Below, one piece after another: positions 10,064 to 19,402 of a stretch of 64,000 bases of DNA. Origin of the DNA: Histomonas meleagridis 2922-C6/04-290x. Lineage: Eukaryota; Protista; Parabasalia. Made by a program: the position numbers and the translations under genes. Under the pieces are notes generated by a model. It did no database searches, was not told the DNA's origin, and saw nothing but the letters and a program-made list of their open reading frames with translations. The first letter of the stretch is position 1. The number at the start of each line of letters is the position of its first letter. The stretch lies in NCBI GenBank assembly GCA_020184695.1, contig JAANOX010000075.1, positions 62,001 to 126,000 on the forward strand, in the 5' to 3' direction.

Positions 10064-12247
10064 TTATTCTTTTACTTTAATCTCAATAATTTTACTCTTA
10101 AAGTCACCCGACATCAATGGCATTCTCAATCCTGCCGCCATTAACGTTCTCCCATTGAATTCCTTATCGTCTATAACGTACACCTTATCCATCTTCAGTC
10201 CCCTTAGTTTTACTATTCGGCTTTTAGTGTTTGCCATTGCTCTTACTTGTACGTATATTAGCAGAGCGTTTCTTTTATCTTTACTTACGAACATACAACA
10301 ATCCACGAAACCGTTTAGATCCAAAGATTCTAATCGATAGTAATCTCCATCTCTAATTATTTCATTATATTTATTATAATTATTAATTTGCACTTTGATT
10401 AATTCCTTTTCGTTATTACTTAACTTGGTAATATCGAGTTCATAACCAAAAGTACCGAACAAAGCAATGTCGCCTCTTGTTTCGAATGGAGTAATTCTTC
10501 CATTACAATGATTCGGGCAAACACTTAAATGGTTACCAATCGTAAACACTGGATAAACTAATGCAGTTCCTTCTTGAATGCATAGCCTATCGATTGGGTC
10601 CATGTTATCAGAGCACCAAATCTGAGGACTATAGTATAACATTCCGGGATCAAATCGACCGCCGCCGCCTGAGCAGTTTTCCAATAAAACGTTTGGGAAC
10701 TCAGTGACGATTTTCTCTTGTAACTTATACACACCCAACACATAACGATGCGAAAGTTCATTTTGTTGCTCACTACTTAAGTTATAACTACCCAAAGTAG
10801 TGAGTTGTCGATTCATATCCCATTTCATATAACTTATGTTATAATTCCTCAAAAGGTTCGACAATATTTCATAGAGATAATTAATGACATCGTCATTACT
10901 CATGTCTAAAACATATTGCGAACGGATTTCAGTGATTTCCCGTTGTGGTATCTGTATTGCCCACTTCGGATGTTTCGCGTATAAATCGGAGTTCGGCGAT
11001 ACCATTTCAGGCTCGACCCAAATGCCGAACTTTAGTCCGACATTATTGATATTGTTTATTAATGGTTGTAACCCACCTTTGATTTTGTTCTCGTTGACAA
11101 TCCAATCGCCTAATGAACTTTCATCATTATTCCGCTTGCCAAACCATCCGTCATCCATTACTAACATTTCTATTCCGAGTTCTGATGCTTCTTTCGCAAT
11201 GTTTAATAATTTCGTCTCGTCGAAATCAAAATATGTCGCTTCCCAATTGTTAATTAATATTGGGCGACGTAAATGTAAATATTTGCTACGGATTAAATGG
11301 TTACGATATAAGTCATGATAAATGTGCGTCATTTTGCTTAAGCCTTTGCTTGAATAGACATTAACAACTTCAGGTGACGTGAATGTGTCATTCGGTAATA
11401 ATTTCCATGTGAAATTCTCGGGATGAATGCCCATTAATAAGCGGACTGAGTTGAATTCGTTCTTTTCGACTGACGCAATGAAGTTCCCTGAATACACAAA
11501 GTTCATGGAATACACTTCGCCAGTCGTTTGCGTGGTTGAAGGTGTAACTAATGCTATAAATGGATTCGTTTGATGACTGGATTTACCTTTGGTGGATGAA
11601 ATAACGTAACGGCCATATGAAAGTGGATTTCGTTGAATGTATCGCTCACGGGCCCATGAGCCAAATAAGCCAATAACCTCAAAGTTTTGGTCATCAAGAT
11701 CTATGCATGATGAAAGAACTTTCTCTAGGTATAAGGGATCTTGTCCTTCATTGGTAATTATGACTGACCGAATTATTGCATCGGAATCTTGGAAGATGGA
11801 ATAAAGAAGAGTACATTTAAGACCAAGAATAGAATCCTTGCAAAAGATTTTAAGGGTTAAACTGTCATCTTCAGTGCCAAATGTACATGGAAGACCTTCA
11901 AGTTTTGGTTTGCCTTTGATAATTTCATAGCCTTGGTAATTTAGTTCGCTACAACGATGGCCAGAATTGTTACGAACACAAAAGGCTGTTTCACGAAAAT
12001 CTCCCATTCCTGTTTCTGGATATTCCATTGGAGCGCTGTCAAGAAAACCACCCTTTTCACGTTTGTTTGAAGAAGGAACAAAAGGTGGTTCATCTTCCCT
12101 TAAAAGATATCGAATATCAGTGGAATCAAGATATTTTCCATAATATAAATGCCCTACATATTTGCCATCAACAATAGCTATACCATATGTCGTATTTTTT
12201 GTTTGAATTAGAAATACATTGTTCTTGTCGTCGAAAACGATTTTCAT
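10064..12247 (-). CDS. Alpha-galactosidase, glycoside hydrolase family 36 (bacterial melibiase type)
   Basis: INNWEATYFDF, VMDDGWFG, FGIWVEPEMV, YMKWDMNR, ENCSGGGGRFDPG, WCSDNMD motifs; intact 727-aa ORF. Confidence 0.95.
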   Translation of the reverse strand: MKIVFDDKNNVFLIQTKNTTYGIAIVDGKYVGHLYYGKYLDSTDIRYLLREDEPPFVPSSNKREKGGFLDSAPMEYPETGMGDFRETAFCVRNNSGHRCSELNYQGYEIIKGKPKLEGLPCTFGTEDDSLTLKIFCKDSILGLKCTLLYSIFQDSDAIIRSVIITNEGQDPLYLEKVLSSCIDLDDQNFEVIGLFGSWARERYIQRNPLSYGRYVISSTKGKSSHQTNPFIALVTPSTTQTTGEVYSMNFVYSGNFIASVEKNEFNSVRLLMGIHPENFTWKLLPNDTFTSPEVVNVYSSKGLSKMTHIYHDLYRNHLIRSKYLHLRRPILINNWEATYFDFDETKLLNIAKEASELGIEMLVMDDGWFGKRNNDESSLGDWIVNENKIKGGLQPLINNINNVGLKFGIWVEPEMVSPNSDLYAKHPKWAIQIPQREITEIRSQYVLDMSNDDVINYLYEILSNLLRNYNISYMKWDMNRQLTTLGSYNLSSEQQNELSHRYVLGVYKLQEKIVTEFPNVLLENCSGGGGRFDPGMLYYSPQIWCSDNMDPIDRLCIQEGTALVYPVFTIGNHLSVCPNHCNGRITPFETRGDIALFGTFGYELDITKLSNNEKELIKVQINNYNKYNEIIRDGDYYRLESLDLNGFVDCCMFVSKDKRNALLIYVQVRAMANTKSRIVKLRGLKMDKVYVIDDKEFNGRTLMAAGLRMPLMSGDFKSKIIEIKVKE

Positions 12248-12559
12248 CTGTTGAAATTTGACTTTTTAAATAGGAAAGTGAAATGTCATAACCGAAATTA
12301 TTATACAAAATCTGCTGAAAATAATTATTCATGATCAAGATTATCTTACAATTAATTGTACCAAAAATATTGTGCATTATAATTTTATTGACTTTAGGTT
12401 CTTGATAATGATTTATTTAATCAATTTTAAATTGATCAATCAATTTGAAATATGCAGAAATAAATAGATTTTCCAAAAGATCGCAATCCATAATCATTAT
12501 TTATATTTATACTATAATTAAATCTTTATGGAAGAAGAAAAAAGAAACATAATTTATGT

Positions 12560-14212
12560 TTATTTTTCATTTAAATCGATTGAACTCATTAAGTCCTGAA
12601 GTTTATAGTATGTTTCATTAAGGCGTTTTAGTCCGTAAGTTTCAAATTTACCCTGATTATAATCATCTGCAATTGCATCAAATTCCGCTTTTTGTGTTTC
12701 ATTCAATTTGCTATCGCTTCTCTCAAAAAGTGAAGAAATCGCATCACCTATTTTGGAAATGATGTTTCGCTTAGCCAGTTTTTGCAAAGTAGATTTTACA
12801 GCTGCTGTAGAATCTATCATGAACTTAATGTATTTATCTTCATCAGGATACCTAGATTTGAAATTAATGGGATAACAATCACCTTCATTCTTACACCATT
12901 GGATGGATCTAATACGAGGTGAATCATGTCGCATCTTAATGATGCCAAATGGTTTATCTGTTTCAGAAAATGTGATATTGGAGATGTTGACTAAATCAAT
13001 ATCTTGAGTATTGGAAACACCAAACTCAATATACCTAGGATCAGATTCAAGTCTAATAGTCTTACATCCTGTTGAATTTTCAATGATTTGTTCTGAGCAA
13101 TTTGAACCTTGAATGCACATCATATGAGTTTGTTGACATGTTAATGTTGTGTTCTTATTAATCTTTTTAACAAGCAACCCATTAGGAAATGGTGAATATC
13201 CAGATAGTTGTAGCGCTGAATAAACGCCGCCATAAGCTAAAAGCGAATTCGAAAATTCCTTTTTGATGGGAGCCGTTAAGTTCTGAGTAGCCGCTTTTAT
13301 CGTTGACATAACCGCTGAATTTGAGGAAGGTCCGCCGGTTACTTGAATTTCGTCAATTGTTCCATTAGTTTCAAACAAATTAATACCTGTCGTAACAACT
13401 TCGCTCAATTCGGCTAATGTATCTTCGATAAATTGATTTTTACTTCCTCTTATGAACAATTTTTGCGCTTTTTGTTCACTAATATTGAGCTTTTGTGATA
13501 GTTCTTGATGGAACTTTTTTCCACTAGCATAGTTTGTGGAAATAGTGAAAATTTCGATGCACTTTGATGACTTTCCATCCCACTCAAAGCTGATTCCTAA
13601 AATTTTGGTGGTCATGTATCCAATATCTATAAACATCACGTTGTATGGTTTTAATGAGTTTCTATTGATAAAGCGTTGAGTTTTAGAAGCTGCATAACCA
13701 ATACTAACTGCAGTGATTTCATCGATTATGGTTAAAACTGGAATTGATAAAAAGCTACAGGCGTGGAATAATAAATCACGCTGTGTTTCTGTCCAAAAGT
13801 CAGGGACAACTAATGTTATTGGATTATCTATTTTCGGTAAATATGAAAATAAATATGCTAAATAAAGTGAAAATGAAGGCAATGGATGCATGATATCTGT
13901 TGTGATAAAGGCTGTATTGTTATTTCCAACAGTCATTGGTAAGTATTGATATCCTAAAGATGGATCTCTTTTTAATGCAGCAAGAGCAGCTTTTCCAATT
14001 TTAATTTCAAAAGAATCAGCTGTTTCATTTGTTAGTTTTGTAATTGTTGAGTTCCTTGGTTTAAAAGAAATGGCTGCTGGGAGTCCTTGTTCATAGCCAG
14101 GTATTTTTTCGGGCACACCATTAAAATCAGATTTTGCAATCTTGATGTATTCACTTCCAATATCTAGGGCTACGTATTCAAGATTTATCCCAAGAAGAAA
14201 GAGTAAAATCAT
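12560..14212 (-). CDS. Divergent Hsp70-family protein with signal peptide (Grp170/HYOU1-like)
   Basis: Hydrophobic N-terminus, then ALDIGSEYIKIA, LVVPDFWTETQR, IIDEITAVSIGY, MFIDIG, IQVTGGPS motifs. Confidence 0.75.
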   Translation of the reverse strand: MILLFLLGINLEYVALDIGSEYIKIAKSDFNGVPEKIPGYEQGLPAAISFKPRNSTITKLTNETADSFEIKIGKAALAALKRDPSLGYQYLPMTVGNNNTAFITTDIMHPLPSFSLYLAYLFSYLPKIDNPITLVVPDFWTETQRDLLFHACSFLSIPVLTIIDEITAVSIGYAASKTQRFINRNSLKPYNVMFIDIGYMTTKILGISFEWDGKSSKCIEIFTISTNYASGKKFHQELSQKLNISEQKAQKLFIRGSKNQFIEDTLAELSEVVTTGINLFETNGTIDEIQVTGGPSSNSAVMSTIKAATQNLTAPIKKEFSNSLLAYGGVYSALQLSGYSPFPNGLLVKKINKNTTLTCQQTHMMCIQGSNCSEQIIENSTGCKTIRLESDPRYIEFGVSNTQDIDLVNISNITFSETDKPFGIIKMRHDSPRIRSIQWCKNEGDCYPINFKSRYPDEDKYIKFMIDSTAAVKSTLQKLAKRNIISKIGDAISSLFERSDSKLNETQKAEFDAIADDYNQGKFETYGLKRLNETYYKLQDLMSSIDLNEK

Positions 14213-14276
14213 TTGAAAAATCGGGGTGCCCCTATATAATTGAACGTTTTATATTTAGAACATTTATTTCTTTTAT

Positions 14277-14588
14277 ATGTTAAGCACTTTCAACAAAAAT
14301 ACTCATTTTTCATTTAGGTTTTTTCCCACAAAAACAGAGCTGAAGGCTCAAATAAAAAACGCAACCTCAAAAAAGGAAAAATTACAAAAACTTATACATG
14401 AATTTGACGATCTTGAAGAATGGTTGGCAGAAACAGCTGGACCAAATGGACTTGATGAAACTTCTAAATCTCTTTTGAAAAGGATTCAAGAACAAAGGAG
14501 TCAAGCTTTTGAAGCGATTTCACAAATCAAACAATATGAAATTTCTCTAAACGATGAACTTAAACACATAGAAACCATGAAACTCTAA
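14277..14588 (+). CDS. Small coiled-coil hypothetical protein
   Basis: 103-aa ORF with heptad-like pattern, head-to-head with the Hsp70-like gene. Confidence 0.5.
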   Translation: MLSTFNKNTHFSFRFFPTKTELKAQIKNATSKKEKLQKLIHEFDDLEEWLAETAGPNGLDETSKSLLKRIQEQRSQAFEAISQIKQYEISLNDELKHIETMKL

Positions 14589-14765
14589 TACGACCTTGAT
14601 AAGTCATATATATAGCAAGTAATAAAGTAATATTAATATTCATCTTCTTCTCAATATTAAATATTTCTAAATATTTTATCCCATCCACCGAAGGGCGTAT
14701 ATAAAAAGGAATACAAATTTTTAAAATTAATGGATTTTCTTCATTGATGTTTATTAATAAACTCA

Positions 14766-16835
14766 TTAATTTAATTTACTTTGGATCCATTTGCTAACTT
14801 CGCTGAAGTTATACGTGATCCGATATACATCATTTACACATAGTTTTTTGAGTTCTTCTAGAAGCATTTGTTTCTTATCTGCAGGAGCCTCTTCTTCGAT
14901 TCTCATTCTAATGAATTCTCTGGGGCTCGCAAATTGTTGAACAGGTCGTTGTTGAGGGTAAGGGACTTGTTGAACGTATGTTGTGTAATCATTTTTAGGC
15001 ATAAATTGAGAAGCCGTAAACTGACCATTAAAATGGGTAAGAGGACTCCTTATAGCTTCTTCAGCGTCCTTCTGTTCTTTGAAAAGAACTATGGCCTTTC
15101 TTTCTGAATCACCGTTTAAGCCATTATATTGAATCATGGCAAACTCAACAGGTCCAATAGTTTCTTCAAACTTCTGGCGGAGGTCTCTGCTGTTGATTGT
15201 GTCATCAACTCCTCTGCAATATATTAATCGATTATGAATATCGTTATATTCGTGCCCTTTAAGATATTGTTCTAAACGAACCCTGATGAGAATATGATAC
15301 CCAAGGAGGTCACATTTAATGCCTTTACTCTTAAAGTGCTTCATTGTTGCAACGACTGAGTCATATGTCATTAATGTAATGAATGCAGTCTTAGATTTCT
15401 CCGAACTCTTTAAGTATAACCCGATTACAGCTCGAATGTCTTTGTCACTAAGTTGTTGGTCAATTGATGCCTCTGTTTCGTTCTTTGGCAAGCCATAGCA
15501 GACGACGGTTCTTGCTCTCAAATTATCACAGAAACCGCCAATCACATCGTTCGGATTTAACGGCGGATAAAGAAAAGTGTTTTGAATGCCACTTTCGGCT
15601 TGTGCCTTTTTGGCTTCATCATATTTGTCAAACAAAATGTATCCAATTGACAATAAGTGAATTGTAGGAACAATGCTAATAGATATGACTGTTCCATAAG
15701 CTGAAAATTGATGAAGAAGATCATCATATGTTGTTTCAGCTTCAACTTCGTTGAGTTGTAAAAGACCAACGGGTTGATGTGTAAGACGCTTTTCATAGAA
15801 GGGTAAAACTCGAATTGGAGTAACTTGCTCTCCAAATGTTGTATGGTTCAATGTAGATATAGCTTTGTTACGAGATTCTTTGGTCTCGTATTGGGCAAGG
15901 CCTGCACGTTCACCTCCTGATCTGTCGTGGATTTCAAGTGAAACAATTTTTCCAGCCTGCTCTAAATGTTTTTTAATTGCGTCATTATCGCTGATTGCAA
16001 TATCAGCTAAATAGACGCGACACTCTTCGATGATGCTAAGGACTTGAGATTGCAGCTCCCTGCGAACACTTGTTAAAACCGATAATTTATCATGATGAAA
16101 TTCGGCATTAGCACGACTGGCAGCTGCTTGATTCTCGAAGAGGACAATCCCATAGTTGTCTATGACAAAAGTGTTAAGAATTACTCCATACTCCTTGAAT
16201 AAATCTTTGAGATTATTTTCGTTGATGAGATCAGTTGGACCTTCAACACATATTACGTTGGTTGGTAGTCTTGAAAGAAAGTCTTGACGCTTATCCACTG
16301 GCGTATAAAACTCAACGTGAAGTGGAGTATCTTTAATTAATAAATTTTGAATGCTTTCTTTAGCATTTCTTGCAACCTCTTGACTTTCGAAGCTTACGTA
16401 TCCAATACCATTTGATACACCATTCCTGTTTCTCTGGATTCGACACGACTTAATAGCAAATCCAAAATCTTCCAAAGCTGAATGCAATTGTTGTTCATCA
16501 ACATCTGTCGGAAGGTTTGATATAACCAAGTTTGCCATTGGATCATGGTCTTTTGAAGATGGATCAAACCATGAAATACGTATTGGAATGGAATTAATTT
16601 TTGTGTAATTACACTCTCGGATTGCTGCTTCAGCTTCTTCATGTGTGCTAAATGTAATAAATGCATTAGCTGTTTTTTGGAAAACTCTTTTTGTGATTTC
16701 TAAAATTGTTCCATATTCTGAGAAAAAATTATTTAACCATTCATCAGTTATGTTTGTTGGGAGATCTCCTACGTAAATTTTGTTAGAGAGTTGGTTGCTT
16801 GAATCACCAGACATTTTGAGAAAGTGTTGGGCCAA
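14766..16835 (-). CDS. Multi-RRM RNA-binding protein (polyadenylate-binding-protein-like)
   Basis: RNP2/RNP1 pairs: IYVGDLP...AFITF, LVISNLP...IGYVSFE, and several further degenerate RRMs. Confidence 0.85.
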   Translation of the reverse strand: MAQHFLKMSGDSSNQLSNKIYVGDLPTNITDEWLNNFFSEYGTILEITKRVFQKTANAFITFSTHEEAEAAIRECNYTKINSIPIRISWFDPSSKDHDPMANLVISNLPTDVDEQQLHSALEDFGFAIKSCRIQRNRNGVSNGIGYVSFESQEVARNAKESIQNLLIKDTPLHVEFYTPVDKRQDFLSRLPTNVICVEGPTDLINENNLKDLFKEYGVILNTFVIDNYGIVLFENQAAASRANAEFHHDKLSVLTSVRRELQSQVLSIIEECRVYLADIAISDNDAIKKHLEQAGKIVSLEIHDRSGGERAGLAQYETKESRNKAISTLNHTTFGEQVTPIRVLPFYEKRLTHQPVGLLQLNEVEAETTYDDLLHQFSAYGTVISISIVPTIHLLSIGYILFDKYDEAKKAQAESGIQNTFLYPPLNPNDVIGGFCDNLRARTVVCYGLPKNETEASIDQQLSDKDIRAVIGLYLKSSEKSKTAFITLMTYDSVVATMKHFKSKGIKCDLLGYHILIRVRLEQYLKGHEYNDIHNRLIYCRGVDDTINSRDLRQKFEETIGPVEFAMIQYNGLNGDSERKAIVLFKEQKDAEEAIRSPLTHFNGQFTASQFMPKNDYTTYVQQVPYPQQRPVQQFASPREFIRMRIEEEAPADKKQMLLEELKKLCVNDVYRITYNFSEVSKWIQSKLN

Positions 16836-17094
16836 ACTTATTCAATAAAACCATTTAATTGAATTTGGTAAAATTTCCGGCGGCAGTTAAAAGTGTCAAC
16901 ATTTCAAGACATTTGGGGGAGGGGGTACCTCGGTCAAAAGAAAAAGAAAAAAAGAAAAAAGTTCTCAATTGCCCATAGAGTGAACAAACTTTGTTATTAT
17001 CACTTATGTGCTGAGTCGAAAAGAAAAAAAAAATTTAACCAGAAAAACCGAAAAAAAAAGAAAATGTCTTAAAATCAATTGAATGGTTTACTTT

Positions 17095-17739
17095 TTACGA
17101 TGGTAAATTAAATGAATAATGTGCATTAGGTACAATTAAAACACTTGGTGAAGCTATTTCAAAATTAGTTTCACAAATATAAAATACATTATAATTAGAT
17201 GATGTAAAAAAACCAACTGTACGATCATTAAGTGATGGAAAAGTAGTACCAAAATCATATAAATAATAATAAAAAGTACCTGAACTAGAAAGTGAAGATT
17301 GAAGTAGATAATTAACAGTTATCTCTGTAAAATCAGAATTGGGTTGATTGCGTTCAATAACAATAAAAACATAATAATGAGTACCATCTATTGATGGTAA
17401 TGGATGACTTGCATCACGTAATGAAAATTGTTTCAAGGAAAATAAACCAGAAACATCTGAAATAGTAATAAAAGATATTGGTATATTAACACTAATAGTA
17501 GAACCTACGTCTAATGCTAATCGCCTAGTACTGACTTGACTAGGATATAAAATACTAAAAGACTGTGTAGAATAATCTGCAACCCTATCGTTGTTCTTAA
17601 GAACTTCATAAGCACGATCTAAATCATATTTAGACATAGGAGGATTAAGAGGAGGAACCAACTTACGTTGTAACACTCGTCCCTTATTACGTGAATAATA
17701 AGATTCACTAATAGGACCAATGCGATGAGGGTCAAACAT
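17095..17739 (-). CDS. Viral-cassette accessory/structural ORF, unknown function
   Basis: 214 aa, beta-rich composition, 26 nt downstream of the capsid-like gene. Confidence 0.55.
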   Translation of the reverse strand: MFDPHRIGPISESYYSRNKGRVLQRKLVPPLNPPMSKYDLDRAYEVLKNNDRVADYSTQSFSILYPSQVSTRRLALDVGSTISVNIPISFITISDVSGLFSLKQFSLRDASHPLPSIDGTHYYVFIVIERNQPNSDFTEITVNYLLQSSLSSSGTFYYYLYDFGTTFPSLNDRTVGFFTSSNYNVFYICETNFEIASPSVLIVPNAHYSFNLPS

Positions 17740-17765
17740 AAAAATAAAAGTAAGAAAATTTTTTA

Positions 17766-18275
17766 TTAATAAGTGATAGCATAATTTAATTGAACCCCTA
17801 AAAACTTATCGGTGATTTCAGTACCAGGAATAGATACCTTCAAACATAATACAATACAATCACCTGAATTCAAATTACGTGCTAACCTAGTACGAAATAC
17901 TTGAGTCTGTTGGGCATTGGGAGTAAGGTACCCTGACATAATAACATTTTGATTAGGTTCATATAATGATACAGGAGCAGGGGTACCAAGTGACATGGAT
18001 TGAGGAACCGTACCATCTGGAACATAAACTAATGCCCATAATAATGGGATATCGACATCAATGATCATTTTTAAAGTAAAATTTTTTACTTTACGCATAC
18101 CTTGAGTAGCAACAGCAGTAATTAGAGTGGTATTTACTTGATCACCTACGGCACCGTCACCAGAACCTGTATTGAATGTAATGTTTCCGGAACAATTATG
18201 AGTCTCATTAGAATACTTTACAGTTTTCAATGGACGTCCACGTGAATAACTACGTCTACGTAACCTACGAGGCAT
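17766..18275 (-). CDS. ssDNA-virus capsid-like protein
   Basis: N-terminal MPRRLRRRSYSRGRPLKTVKYSNET arm, then jelly-roll-like segments GMRKVKNFTL, WALVYVPDG, LYEPNQNVIMSG, RLARNLNSGDCIVL, LNYAI. Confidence 0.7.
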   Translation of the reverse strand: MPRRLRRRSYSRGRPLKTVKYSNETHNCSGNITFNTGSGDGAVGDQVNTTLITAVATQGMRKVKNFTLKMIIDVDIPLLWALVYVPDGTVPQSMSLGTPAPVSLYEPNQNVIMSGYLTPNAQQTQVFRTRLARNLNSGDCIVLCLKVSIPGTEITDKFLGVQLNYAITY

Positions 18276-18288
18276 AACAATAAAAAAT

Positions 18289-18498
18289 TTAATGCTGTGG
18301 GAGATTTATTAATTGAGGGTGAATAAGATATGAAGGAACATCCTTAAGGCGACGATCATAACGGATGGCACCTATCGAGACTATTGGAAGTACAATAACC
18401 CAATTCTCAACCAACTGAGGATTCTCCTTAATAAAGCCCTTAAGTAGGCCAACATTACTGAAATAAATGGATTTAACTTGGCCTTCATTATCTGGCAT
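18289..18498 (-). CDS. Small viral-cassette ORF
   Basis: 69 aa, ends 13 nt before the capsid ATG. The frame stays open upstream through a Pro-rich stretch (PYPIPPPVFTPPAP). Confidence 0.4.
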   Translation of the reverse strand: MPDNEGQVKSIYFSNVGLLKGFIKENPQLVENWVIVLPIVSIGAIRYDRRLKDVPSYLIHPQLINLPQH

Positions 18499-19402
18499 GA
18501 GGCATGGAGCAGGGGGAGTAAAAACTGGTGGAGGAATAGGATACGGTTTTTCATCGTCTTCCGACTGTATTGATTCGGGACAAACATTAATTTTCCAAGA
18601 CGATGCGTTTGTCTAAGAAAGTTTGGAATCGCACATTGTAATATCTAAAAGCGTTAAAGATGTGTTTACTTGATAGTTGTGCATACCATAAAAATAAGGT
18701 TCTCTTTTTTGCTTTGAGGAGACAAACCTCTTTCATTCCTCTAAAAGCTTTAGGAAAACTTGTATATGGCACCGGGCCATGTATATCCCAAACTTGTACT
18801 TTGTTTTATTATTTTTGTTCTAAATTCAGGATGAGTTTCATTTGTCTGCAAGATAGTGTTTAACAGAGCATTTTCCCACATGACGTCATGTGTTATTTTA
18901 TATCACTCAATTTTACAAAAAAATACCTTACAATTCATATTGACTAAATTTTTGAGAAAATCATTATTTTAATTTCAGATTATAAAAATGTATAATTTTT
19001 TAATTTAAACAAAACTTTAAATTTTATTATAGATTTATTCTCTAAGGTATAAATATGTATGTGTATATACAAAATTTTACTTTTCCCTTTGGATCAAATT
19101 TTCGATTTTGAAAAATTTGATAACTTTAAAATGAATGGATCTCCCAAGACCCATGGAAAAACATCGATGTTTTTGAGTGTGATTATATGATTTATTAATC
19201 TAATGATAATTGATTTCTTTTCTTTTTGTCTATATAAATATCGTCATTTTTATGTCGAAAATGATAAGGTAATTATTTGTCCGTTATGGTATTTTAATTT
19301 TAAGTGTGCTAACACATTTTTTTCGTTTGGAAAATTTTACTTTATTTTTGCCATGATCCAAAAATTAACGGTTTTTTCATTTTTTTTCTTTCGGATTTTT
19401 TC

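Larger units (their letters stand above)
17095..18892 (-). mobile_element. Endogenous CRESS-DNA-virus-like cassette (capsid + accessory ORFs, no Rep seen)
   Basis: Tightly packed co-oriented ORFs including an Arg-rich capsid-like gene. Shared TTTTATT(G/T)TT-ATG starts. 16-bp palindrome at 18877-18892. Confidence 0.65.

Noticed and set aside
16905-16935. G-tract ggggga-ggggg as an element terminus or G-quadruplex
   Set aside because: Only two G runs and no matching opposite end; it cannot be assigned to the viral cassette or the RRM promoter.
18625-18655. AGATATTAC as a CRESS nonanucleotide origin
   Set aside because: It does not fit NANTATTAC and lacks a convincing flanking stem.
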